NCBI GenBank assembly: GCA_045629645.1
Contig: JAZQRR010000026.1
Span: forward strand, 1-63,626
DNA: 63,626 nt
From: Candidatus Enterousia sp.
Lineage (GTDB): Bacteria > Pseudomonadota > Alphaproteobacteria > Rs-D84
Reading direction: 5' to 3'
Below, one piece after another: positions 29,419 through 38,830 of this stretch. Position 1 is the stretch's first letter; each line of letters starts with the position of its first letter. A program made the translations under genes and the position numbers. The notes under the pieces were generated by a model, which ran no database searches, was not told the DNA's origin, and saw only the letters and a list, made by a program, of their open reading frames with translations.

Positions 29419-32199
29419 TTATTTCCATGTTGCTTCTAGTGTTACCTGTCCCCCATCTATATCGGTTAGATTTGTTACTGTGGCACCGTCTTGATATATG
29501 ATGTTGTTTAGTTTCCAACCATTGAATTTGCCACCACTTATACCGGTGCTTCTGTGTATGGTTATGCTAAAATTATTGTTACGTAGTGTGCACTGTTTTC
29601 CGTAAGTGCATACAGTTGGTTCCATTGATCCTGTTGGTTTTTCGCATGTATGTTCGCCGCAGTGCTTACTAGAATTTTGATATATGATAGTATATGTTTG
29701 TTCGTTTGCCTGGCCTTTACAGTATCCCCATTTTGTGTTTGCAGATGTTTTCTCGTAAAATAATTTATATAATGAATCGCCATTAATATCGTGAAGTCCG
29801 TCAGATATGGAATGTTCGGGGTTTGTGCCGATGTCTTTCCATTCGGTGTCAACCCACAGACCGCCAAGACGTTCACATTCTGCGGATAATTGTTTTGACA
29901 TATCTGCGCGTATTTGATCCATCATTTTGTTTACGTCTTGTAATACACTTTCTGGTAATATGGGGTTTTCAGTTGTTGCTTCGGATGGTCTGATGCACAT
30001 TTGTTTCGCGTATTTGACCATCAGTTGATATAAACTGCCAGGGTAATCTCCACATTTAGCATATTTTGTCAGGCTATCAGCTTTTATAGCCAATTCTGGA
30101 GCATCTTTTCCTCCTACGCATACATATCCGCCTGGACAGCCTCTGCATATTGTGCCGTTGGATTCTGTGTATTTATAATAAGCTTCAAATATGCCGTCGG
30201 CGGGGTTAATTTCTCCTTTATATTCATTTGTTCCCGGATGTATATTTGCCAGATAAAAACCTGTATTACAACTGGTGTATCGTTTTTGGTATCCACATGA
30301 ATAGTGGCTTGGGGTTTTTTTTACGGGACTTCTTGGTATTTCGGTTGTTATTGTTATGTTTGGAACACTTGTTACGTCTTGGCATGTTATGTTGTTATTT
30401 ACAGCTACGTTCATGTATTTCTGTTCGCCAGGGGCGTATGTACGACAACTGTAGGGGTATGCGTGTGTAGAATCGTTGCTGGGAACAAAACATTGTTTTT
30501 TTGCAAATGCCTGTAATGCGTCAAAACATTGCTGTGCAATTTTTTCATTTGTTATTTCGTGCATTGTGTTAACCAATTTTTCCATGCCTGTGCTGCCACC
30601 ACCGTACAAATTGCTGCATGCGTTTAATTTTTCCTGACACATTTGTTCGGACAATTCCAGACGCATACCGTATGTTGTTTCGTCGGCATTTTTGCTGAAA
30701 TCCTTTAACGATTTGTTTTGTTCGTCATAACAAGTGTTCACAACGTTCAGGCATTCGTCTTTGACATTACGGATTCTGTCATGTTGTCCCTGATATATTT
30801 CTGTAAGTGCCTGACGTATGAATTCGTCCCATACTGTGTCTGATACGTCGCGACAAGTGTCTAAACTGGTAGATGCGAATTTACGCATGTTATCCAATTT
30901 ACTTATGGTCATACGATTGGTCGGGTTTTTTAATATGTCACCAGATAAAGATAACATATTTTCCAACTGAAAGAAATCTGCTGTGTATATAGGTTCGCCA
31001 GTTGTATAGTTCAGATATTTTCCTGTGATATCCAGACAGTGTACATAATCTGTGCCGCATGCAACATCAGATGTAACGTCTTGTCTGACGCGGGCAATGC
31101 ATTCATTGATTGTCAAAGAATTATGGGCGTCGTAATTGTTCAGGCGTGCCAGATTCATATCACGTTCTGTGGAACGTATGTCAGAATTTGCAGCAGTTAA
31201 TTTTTTGTCCAGACTGTTTTGTAATAAAGAACAATCGTTTTCAATGTACATTCCGTATGCAGAAACAACCATTGTACGTGTTGCATCGGATTGACATACG
31301 TCTTTGACCATTTCGGAACATTGGGCGTGAACTGCGTTGTATAACGCTTCGCCGGTCAGGTTTGCAATATTGTTTCCGCCGGCTAAATCAACGGTTTCCC
31401 ATATCGCGCTGATATCACCTGCGATATCTAATGTGCCTTGGTTGGACAGCGAATTACTTTTTGTTTTTGATAAAACTTCGCTGATGCCGGCTAATTGTTT
31501 GGCACTGTTGGATGTGTCTTTTGCGTTTGCCTGTGCGATTTCGCCAGCACTGGCAGACAGCATCGCTGTTACTTCGGCACTGGTCTTGTCAATGACAGAC
31601 AGATTTAAGTCTTTGAAATCTTGTAATTGAGTTGTTGCCTGACCAAGTGCGTTTTCACGTGTTATTATGTCATTTAAACGCGAAGAACATACGCATCTGC
31701 GGTATGTGTCGTCGTTTGATGCACAAAATTGATCCATACATGTAAAATATGCGTCGCGACATGCGGTGTATCCGGTGCCGAGTGCACTGGATGCGGTTGG
31801 CGATAATGCAGCGCGTGCGATTGTCGAAGCAATATTTGCGGTGTTTTTTGCACTGCGTGCGGATGATGTTTTTTTTGTGGCGCTGCGTGCGGTGGTTGTT
31901 GCAGTTGTGTTTTTTGCGCTGCGTGCGGTTGAATTTTGCATCGCACTGCGTGCAGCTGTTGTTTGGATGGCGGTGCTGCGTGCGCTGGATGTATTCTTGA
32001 TGCTTGTGCTGCGTGCTTTGTTTTCAGTACTGTCTGCACGGGCTGTGGAAACACGCTTGGTTTCAGTTGAACGTGTTACGATTTTTTTTACGTTGTCTGT
32101 CGTTGCGCTGCGTGCGACAGAATTGCTGTCACGAACAGCAGCGTTGGCACCGCCAACGCATAATGCAATGGATATAATGTATAATAGAATCCTTGTCAT
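29419..32199 (-). CDS. Giant Cys-rich secreted protein, family member C (about 926 aa), with a C-terminal TNFR/ephrin-receptor-like Cys repeat
   Basis: The ATG at 32199 gives MTRILLYIISIALCVGGANA. Degenerate ARSA repeats follow, then ACRDAYFTCMDQFCASNDDTYRRCVCS. Confidence 0.8.
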   Translation of the reverse strand: MTRILLYIISIALCVGGANAAVRDSNSVARSATTDNVKKIVTRSTETKRVSTARADSTENKARSTSIKNTSSARSTAIQTTAARSAMQNSTARSAKNTTATTTARSATKKTSSARSAKNTANIASTIARAALSPTASSALGTGYTACRDAYFTCMDQFCASNDDTYRRCVCSSRLNDIITRENALGQATTQLQDFKDLNLSVIDKTSAEVTAMLSASAGEIAQANAKDTSNSAKQLAGISEVLSKTKSNSLSNQGTLDIAGDISAIWETVDLAGGNNIANLTGEALYNAVHAQCSEMVKDVCQSDATRTMVVSAYGMYIENDCSLLQNSLDKKLTAANSDIRSTERDMNLARLNNYDAHNSLTINECIARVRQDVTSDVACGTDYVHCLDITGKYLNYTTGEPIYTADFFQLENMLSLSGDILKNPTNRMTISKLDNMRKFASTSLDTCRDVSDTVWDEFIRQALTEIYQGQHDRIRNVKDECLNVVNTCYDEQNKSLKDFSKNADETTYGMRLELSEQMCQEKLNACSNLYGGGSTGMEKLVNTMHEITNEKIAQQCFDALQAFAKKQCFVPSNDSTHAYPYSCRTYAPGEQKYMNVAVNNNITCQDVTSVPNITITTEIPRSPVKKTPSHYSCGYQKRYTSCNTGFYLANIHPGTNEYKGEINPADGIFEAYYKYTESNGTICRGCPGGYVCVGGKDAPELAIKADSLTKYAKCGDYPGSLYQLMVKYAKQMCIRPSEATTENPILPESVLQDVNKMMDQIRADMSKQLSAECERLGGLWVDTEWKDIGTNPEHSISDGLHDINGDSLYKLFYEKTSANTKWGYCKGQANEQTYTIIYQNSSKHCGEHTCEKPTGSMEPTVCTYGKQCTLRNNNFSITIHRSTGISGGKFNGWKLNNIIYQDGATVTNLTDIDGGQVTLEATWK

Positions 32200-32268
32200 T
32201 CCGAATATATAAATATATTCTATCAAAATAAGAAGGTTCAGACAAGGGAAATGAATAGTTTTTTGTAA

Positions 32269-32292
32269 TAAAAAAACCGCAGTCGCGGTTCT
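32269..32292 (-). terminator. infA terminator
   Basis: Reads AACCGCGACTGCGGTT followed by a T-run on the minus strand. Confidence 0.55.
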
Positions 32293-32300
32293 TTATTTTC

Positions 32301-32543
32301 TTATGCGTTTTCTGTGCCAGTCTTGTTGCGTTCAACAAACGTTATGCGACCCTTGTCCAAATCATAAGGGGTCATTTCAACGCGTACGCGTTCGCCAACA
32401 TTTACCCAAATGCGTGCCTTGCGCATTTTGCCGCAAACAGTCGCCAAAATCTCGTGCCCGTTTTCCAGTTTAACACGGAACATTGTGTTTGGCAGTTTGT
32501 CTTCGACTGTGCCACTAAAAACAATTACATCGTCTTTTGCCAT
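32301..32543 (-). CDS. infA: Translation initiation factor IF-1
   Basis: [42 protein letters not shown]... is IF-1-like. Confidence 0.95.
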   Translation of the reverse strand: MAKDDVIVFSGTVEDKLPNTMFRVKLENGHEILATVCGKMRKARIWVNVGERVRVEMTPYDLDKGRITFVERNKTGTENA

Positions 32544-32625
32544 AAATTTTTGTCCTTTGGCTGGTTGTTTTTACTGGTGTTATGATATTGTTTTTGTGTA
32601 TAAAAATCAAGTTGTTTTTATATGC

Positions 32626-32654
32626 TTGCACGGGGCAAGATTATCTGATAAAAT
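32626..32654 (+). promoter_or_regulatory. Candidate promoter for family member D
   Basis: TTGCAC, 17-nt spacer, TAAAAT. Confidence 0.3.
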
Positions 32655-32694
32655 ATCTTCATAGTATGCTATATCATTATGTAGGAAGGGCCCA

Positions 32695-34854
32695 ATGAAA
32701 CTAGGAATTTTAGTGACTTTGTTGTCGTTGATACCGTGTGTGTCTGGCGCGGCTGCGCGCGATGATTCTGCACGTGTCGGTGTAAAACGTGCGTCTGCCA
32801 GTGGGGTGCGTGCGCCGTCGATGACTGCGTTGAAAACGACTGCGATGCTTGGTGCGGGGGCGGCGGTAGTGTCTGATGCGGCGAAGACATCGGTTGATAC
32901 TGCTGGGGATGAATCTGCGACAACGACATCGGGTGGCGATTGTCGTGATGCGTATCGTGCCTGTATGGATGAATTTTGTCTGTTGGATGAGTCGGAAGGT
33001 TATCGTTGCGCCTGTTCTAATAATATAAATGCGTCAAAACCGTTGATTTTAGAAATTCAAAATATCCAAGCCGAAGCAGATAAGTTATATACCGAGGGTG
33101 TAGAACGTGAAAAATTGGGTGCCACGGCGGATTTGGTTTTTGGTAAAGAGAAAGAAACAAATGAACTTGCGGAAAGTATAAGAAAATCGGGGGATATTTA
33201 TAAGGATTGGCTGGAATCGGATTTAGATTCGGACAGTGATATTGGCGATGCTTTGTATGAAATGGCGTCTGGTTATTGTGCAGCGGAATTAGAAAAATGC
33301 GGTGATGCCAAGGCAGAAATGGAACAAGCGTTATATACACGTCAAATTGTCTCGGACTGTAAGGCTTTTAATTCTTATTTGGCGGATCAGAAGATAAATG
33401 CCCAGGCAAATAAACGCACGGCCGAGGCGGCAGTGCGTCAAGCACGTTTGTCTATGTTGGATACAACAAATAAGTATAATACAGGTGAGTGTTTGTTGGC
33501 TTATCGTGGTTGTATCGCGGACAAAGGTGGTTGCGGAACAAATTTTGAAAATTGTTTAAATGCTGATTTGTTGGAACGACGTGCACGTGCGTGCGACAAT
33601 GTCTTGGATCAATGTATGTCTGTGCGAAAAGATGTAGCTGCCTTATGGGAAGAAGAGGCACAAGATATCTTGGTTGAGGCAAATAAGTACGCGGATAAGT
33701 ATTATCGTCAGACGTGCTTGGCACAGATTCAACTTTGTTTAGAAGATGGATGTTCGACAACAACAGATTCTACTTGTTTAAGTGATATAAAGGTAGCGGC
33801 TGGTGTTTGTCCTATTATTGAAGATTGTGATGCTAAAATCCCAGGGTTAAAGGATGTTGTGAAAGACAAGTTAGGTTACTTGCGTTTACAATTCTGTCAA
33901 AATGATGTTGATGCTTGTTTGCGTGATAAATGTGGGGCAAACTTTACGGCGCCAGAATGCTTGGGTAAATCAACAAAAACTATTATGGGTATGTGCCCAC
34001 AGAACTTGTTCCCAACATGTAAAAATGAAACTGCGGACACTTTTACTGCGATTACAAGTTCTGCATTGTTGCAGATGGATTATAAAATGGTGCAGGGATG
34101 TATTAATCATTTCAGTAATTTGTTGGGACAAACATGTGGAACGGATATGAATTGTTTGCCATCTGATGAAACAGTTGCTGCACTGACCTATGAACAGTTA
34201 GTTGGTTCTGATAATAAGTTGAATTCTGAAAAAATTACGGAATTGCGTACGTCTGTTCGTAAAAATGCAAAAACAGCGGTTGATAACTTCTTTATAAAAT
34301 TTGAAAATGAAACCACTGTTTTAGCATGTAAAAGTGCGATGACGGATGTTATTGATGCAAAACAAAAAGGCAACTCGATTGGAGATAGTGTATTTTCAAC
34401 TGCAAAAATTATTGCTGAAATCAGTGCAGAAAATCGTGCATTGCGTGCATTGGAAACAAAAATTGCCGATATCTCACGCAAGGCAGATATCGAAGCAGCG
34501 CGTGATTTGTGTTTGGAAACGTACAAGGTTGAAACGCCTGATACCAGTGCGGATAATAAGAATTATAGTTATATAAAAAGCGTTTCGTTTGAACCTTCGT
34601 TAAGAAATTGTCATATTTGCCGTATTCAACAGGTTTGTGAGACGGGTGGTGAAACACAGGCGTCTGCGGGTCTGAAATCTGCCGCGGGTGGTTTGGCGGC
34701 TGGCGCGTCAATGGGTACAATGATCAGCCCAGGGTGGGGCACTGCAATCGGCGGTGCAATCGGTGCAATTGGTGCAGGATTGGCAGGTGGCTTGGGCGCG
34801 GGCGAAAAAGAATTTTGCCAGCAGATTGAAAGCTGTGAAGATGTTAATATGTAA
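32695..34854 (+). CDS. Cys-rich secreted protein, family member D (719 aa), with a C-terminal glycine zipper and a CEDVNM tail
   Basis: Signal peptide MKLGILVTLLSLIPCVSGAAA. Motifs DCRDAYRACMDEFCLLDESEGYRCACS and GGLAAGASMGTMISPGWGTAIGGAIGAIGAGLAGGLGAG. Confidence 0.8.
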   Translation: MKLGILVTLLSLIPCVSGAAARDDSARVGVKRASASGVRAPSMTALKTTAMLGAGAAVVSDAAKTSVDTAGDESATTTSGGDCRDAYRACMDEFCLLDESEGYRCACSNNINASKPLILEIQNIQAEADKLYTEGVEREKLGATADLVFGKEKETNELAESIRKSGDIYKDWLESDLDSDSDIGDALYEMASGYCAAELEKCGDAKAEMEQALYTRQIVSDCKAFNSYLADQKINAQANKRTAEAAVRQARLSMLDTTNKYNTGECLLAYRGCIADKGGCGTNFENCLNADLLERRARACDNVLDQCMSVRKDVAALWEEEAQDILVEANKYADKYYRQTCLAQIQLCLEDGCSTTTDSTCLSDIKVAAGVCPIIEDCDAKIPGLKDVVKDKLGYLRLQFCQNDVDACLRDKCGANFTAPECLGKSTKTIMGMCPQNLFPTCKNETADTFTAITSSALLQMDYKMVQGCINHFSNLLGQTCGTDMNCLPSDETVAALTYEQLVGSDNKLNSEKITELRTSVRKNAKTAVDNFFIKFENETTVLACKSAMTDVIDAKQKGNSIGDSVFSTAKIIAEISAENRALRALETKIADISRKADIEAARDLCLETYKVETPDTSADNKNYSYIKSVSFEPSLRNCHICRIQQVCETGGETQASAGLKSAAGGLAAGASMGTMISPGWGTAIGGAIGAIGAGLAGGLGAGEKEFCQQIESCEDVNM

Positions 34855-34881
34855 TCTTTGTTAATACGGAGAGGGAACCTG

Positions 34882-37464
34882 ATGTCTTGGAAGAAAATAT
34901 CTTTGTTGGGATTGATTGCTGTTGGGGTGCTGGCAATGCCGGACGTTTTTGCCGCAACTGCCAAAGTTACAAAACAGTCCGCGATTCAGGCTGGGACCAA
35001 GGTGCGTACCAAGGTTGATGTTACTGGTTTGTATGATCAGGAATGTTACGATGCCTTTTATGGGTGTATGGATCAATTTTGTATTTCCGATAATGAAAAC
35101 GGTGGCAGTTGCGCGTGCAGTGATCTTAACGCTGAATATGAAACACAACTGGCAGATATTAAAAAAATGTTGGAACAGGCCGAATATGTCAGCACTGTAG
35201 AGGTTGAAAAAGTTCAGGCTGGTGCGGATGCGGATATTATATTCAAGGGAACCAGACAATATGATTCGGATGGAAATCTGATAGCTGTTGATGAATTAAC
35301 CGAAGAAGAAAAGAAACAGCAAAAACGACAAAGTTTGATGGCGTTGTTTGAAAAAAATTACGACGAAGATGAAGATGTCTTTGCAGATGAAAGCGAAGAA
35401 GATATTTTCTCGAAAACGGGGGCGGCGTTGCACAAGGCTGCGGAAAATCTGTGTGTGCAGCAGGTGCCAGAAAAGTGCGAAAAAGATATAACTTTCTTGC
35501 GTCAGGTTTATGGACGTCAAATTACGTCTGATTGCAAAGGTTTTGAAAATAGTTTGGCAACACAGCGTAGGGATGCAGAAAAACAGTTGGCCAGTGCCGA
35601 AGCAGCAGTACGTTCCGCATTAAAAGATTCTTTGGCAGAATCGAACAAGTATGATTTGGGTACTTGTATGGTTGAATTTAAAAAATGTATGTTGACAGAT
35701 GATGCGTGTGGTAAAGATTGGACCAAGTGCGTGTCAACAATCGCAGATGTTAATATGCAGGGTATAAAAGAAAATGACGTTTTTACAAGTGGAAATATGT
35801 CAAAATCTGCACAGAAAGCATATACAGGCAGTACTTATGGTATTGCAGCATCTACGATGGAAGGTTTGGATTCAAAACGTTTAATTTGTGAACGTGTCTT
35901 GGATAAGTGCGTGGCGGTACGTAACCAAGTTTGGCCGGCTTTCTTGCGTGAGGCGGCGCCTACGATTAAGTTGGCAGAGTTGACGGCAGAATCAAAAATG
36001 CGTCAGTCTTGTTTGACCGATATTTCCGATTGTATCCAGACAGCTTGTAAAGATGATATCGAAGGTAAAGGGGTCGCATCAATGGATGCCTGTTTGGCTC
36101 GTCCAGATATGGCACGCAGTTTTTGCAAGGTTGAAATTGAAAGATGTGAGAAAATGGAACCTCAAATCTGGGCTTATGTTACAGATAAGTTAAAGGCAAT
36201 GCGTGTCGATGTTTGTACGCAAGAAGTCAAAGATTGTTTTACAGCAGATACACGTTGTGGTGCAAATTTCCAGAACTGTATCGGTATGGATTATGACTAT
36301 ATCCATGATATGTGCCCAATAGATAGTTTGGTCGTATGTAAACAAGATAATCCAAACTTCTCGATGGATGATTTGGATTCAATGTTGATGGGATTGTATT
36401 TGAATATTGATAATTCTGCATTGGATCAGTGTCAGGCATTGGTTGATGCAAAAATGACAGAAGTTTGTGGCAGCACAACAGATTGTAATAAATTTGCCGC
36501 AGATGAAATTATCGGTACAGGCAGTTTGCGTTCGCAAAAAGATGGAACAGTATATCGTGTAACAGGTATGATTTCATTTGGTTCAATCAAAATGGGCGAT
36601 GCCTTTGGTTCGACTGATAATGGCAAACTGTTAAAAGCAGGACAAATTGGTGTTGAAGATTATTTGGCGCATGTACGTGAAGTTAATGAGAAAGTACCAG
36701 ATAAAGATGCGATTATTTCTTCCATAGAAGCAGAATTGAATAATATCGCAGGTACAATTAATCGTACTATCCAGATGATAGAACAGGACCCAGAAATTCA
36801 GTTCTGTGTAAATGGGCGTGATTTGTCTCAAATTACAGGAGAATCCAAGAAAACAACAGCGCGTTTTCCGAATTTGTTAAATTCAATCAAAATGCAAATC
36901 GCAACTGCTGCGTTGCGTCAGGCCCAAGATAACTATAACAAAAAGTTCACAGATGAAGTGGCGCAGGCAACCAAGGATGCGTCTGCGGATATTGCGCAGT
37001 ATATGTGTCAAATGTTGCCAACAAATCATGGTGCTGCAATTGGTGGGGTTAGCGAAGAAAAGACATCATTGGCACCACCGTATGCCATTAGCTATGAAGT
37101 TGGTTCTGGCTTGGAAAAGGCGTTGTTGGCCCAAGGTGGACGTGGCAGTAGCGCAACCAGTGGAACTGCGGTTATGGAATCTGGTCGTGAAACAGGTGAA
37201 GCAGAAAATATTATCAGTTCTATTTTGACACTGGGGTGGAGTACAATGACAGGTGATAAAGTTAAACAAGAAATCCCAGGTGGAACACGTGAAATGTGGT
37301 CTGTATTTAACCGTGAAACCAGAAATTGTCATTTCTGTACTTCTACGGTAACCAAGACTTGCAAGACTGTTCATAAAAAAGGATTCTTGGGAATTGGTGC
37401 AACCGATGAAATGGATTGTCAGGAATCACAGCCGGTTGAAAAGTGTGAAGATATACCAATGTAA
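34882..37464 (+). CDS. Cys-rich secreted protein, family member E (about 860 aa), with a CEDIPM tail
   Basis: GGAGAGGGA RBS followed by an ATG at 34882. Signal MSWKKISLLGLIAVGVLAMPDVFA, then ECYDAFYGCMDQFCISDNENGGSCACS. Confidence 0.8.
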   Translation: MSWKKISLLGLIAVGVLAMPDVFAATAKVTKQSAIQAGTKVRTKVDVTGLYDQECYDAFYGCMDQFCISDNENGGSCACSDLNAEYETQLADIKKMLEQAEYVSTVEVEKVQAGADADIIFKGTRQYDSDGNLIAVDELTEEEKKQQKRQSLMALFEKNYDEDEDVFADESEEDIFSKTGAALHKAAENLCVQQVPEKCEKDITFLRQVYGRQITSDCKGFENSLATQRRDAEKQLASAEAAVRSALKDSLAESNKYDLGTCMVEFKKCMLTDDACGKDWTKCVSTIADVNMQGIKENDVFTSGNMSKSAQKAYTGSTYGIAASTMEGLDSKRLICERVLDKCVAVRNQVWPAFLREAAPTIKLAELTAESKMRQSCLTDISDCIQTACKDDIEGKGVASMDACLARPDMARSFCKVEIERCEKMEPQIWAYVTDKLKAMRVDVCTQEVKDCFTADTRCGANFQNCIGMDYDYIHDMCPIDSLVVCKQDNPNFSMDDLDSMLMGLYLNIDNSALDQCQALVDAKMTEVCGSTTDCNKFAADEIIGTGSLRSQKDGTVYRVTGMISFGSIKMGDAFGSTDNGKLLKAGQIGVEDYLAHVREVNEKVPDKDAIISSIEAELNNIAGTINRTIQMIEQDPEIQFCVNGRDLSQITGESKKTTARFPNLLNSIKMQIATAALRQAQDNYNKKFTDEVAQATKDASADIAQYMCQMLPTNHGAAIGGVSEEKTSLAPPYAISYEVGSGLEKALLAQGGRGSSATSGTAVMESGRETGEAENIISSILTLGWSTMTGDKVKQEIPGGTREMWSVFNRETRNCHFCTSTVTKTCKTVHKKGFLGIGATDEMDCQESQPVEKCEDIPM

Positions 37465-37471
37465 TAAAATG

Positions 37472-37502
37472 AAAAAAAGGGGGCATGAAGCCCCCTTTTT
37501 TT
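37472..37502 (+). terminator. Intrinsic terminator after member E
   Basis: AAAAAAAGGGGGCATGAAGCCCCCTTTTTTT. Confidence 0.65.
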
Positions 37503-37527
37503 ATACGGTTTTAGATGTTTATAGAAA

Positions 37528-37562
37528 TAAAAAAATCCCCGTGTTTTTGGGGATCATTTTTA
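37528..37562 (-). terminator. Stereotyped terminator palindrome (longer loop)
   Basis: AAAAAAATCCCCGTGTTTTTGGGGATCATTTTT. Confidence 0.6.
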
Positions 37563-38663
37563 TTATGCGGCTTGTTTCAGACCTGATTTGATCTGTCGTA
37601 TGTATTTGCGTAATTCGTCAATTGGTACCAATGTTCCGTCTTGTTTTTGGGCAGACCAATAATCCCAACCGTTAAAGCTGACGCTGCGTTGCATTTTTGC
37701 AGCCATAACATGAATAGATGCCTTGCCGTATAGTTGATGGGTTAATTGTCCGTCTTGTGTTATCATAACGCGTTCGCCACGTGGACTGACCAATGTTTGA
37801 CCTGTGTATAATAAGCCTGCATCCAGTAATTCTTTAAAGGCAACGCGTATCTCATCGCGTTTTGGTTTTGCAATTTCGATATCTGATAAATCCAGTGGTT
37901 TGATGTTTGCAATACGATTGCGCGCAGCAGAAACATAACTTTCGTCACGTTCGATGCCGATAAATTGACGCCCCAGTTCCAGTGCAGCCGCAGCAGTTGT
38001 GCCAGAACCCATAAATGGATCCAGTATAATATCTCCGGGTTTTGTAGATGCCAGTATTATGCGATGTAATAAATCCAGTGGTTTTTGTGTGTTGTGCAGA
38101 CTTTTGCCGTTGCTGTCTTTTACGCGTTCTTCGCCCAGACAGATGTTTAACCCCCAGTCTGAACGCATTTGTTTTCCTCCATTTAACTTCTTCATCGTTT
38201 CATAATTAAATGTGTATTTTCCTGTTTTGGTTGGTGTTGCCCATATAAGTGTTTCGTGTGCGTTGGTAAAACGGGTACCACGAAAGTTTGGCATCGGATT
38301 TGTTTTTACCCATACGATGTCATTTAATATCCAAAAACCCATATCTTGCAAGGCAGAACCAACACGAAAAATATTATGATAACTGCCGATTGTCCACATG
38401 GCCCCGGTCGGTTTTAATATGCGTTTACATTCGGCCAACCAAGCACGTGTGAATTCATCATACGCCGCAGATGATTCAAAAGAATCCCACGAGTCGCGTA
38501 CAGCACGTGCAGCAGTTTGATCTTCGGGGCGATACAATGTTTTTGCGCCCAGTTGCAAGTTATAAGGAGGGTCTGCAAATACTGCATCAACAGATGCGTC
38601 TGGAATTCCGCGCATCATTTCAATACAATCACCATGCAAAATTTTATTTAGATATTGTTTCAT
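37563..38663 (-). CDS. ccrM: CcrM-type N6-adenine DNA methyltransferase
   Basis: ILHGDCIEMMRGIPDASVDAVFADPPYNLQL contains the DPPY motif. The C-terminal extension is typical of alphaproteobacterial CcrM. Confidence 0.85.
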   Translation of the reverse strand: MKQYLNKILHGDCIEMMRGIPDASVDAVFADPPYNLQLGAKTLYRPEDQTAARAVRDSWDSFESSAAYDEFTRAWLAECKRILKPTGAMWTIGSYHNIFRVGSALQDMGFWILNDIVWVKTNPMPNFRGTRFTNAHETLIWATPTKTGKYTFNYETMKKLNGGKQMRSDWGLNICLGEERVKDSNGKSLHNTQKPLDLLHRIILASTKPGDIILDPFMGSGTTAAAALELGRQFIGIERDESYVSAARNRIANIKPLDLSDIEIAKPKRDEIRVAFKELLDAGLLYTGQTLVSPRGERVMITQDGQLTHQLYGKASIHVMAAKMQRSVSFNGWDYWSAQKQDGTLVPIDELRKYIRQIKSGLKQAA

Positions 38664-38830
38664 CTCTCTCTGCAAACTCTTGTCTTGTATTTTATCATAT
38701 TTTTATCGTTAAAAAAATTTACCAACGCAGAAAAAAATAAATAAAGCACTTGATTTTTATGAAAAAGCATTTTTTATGAAAAACAATTTATACTTGATAA
38801 GTCTGGATTAGATTGCTAACCTATATCAGT

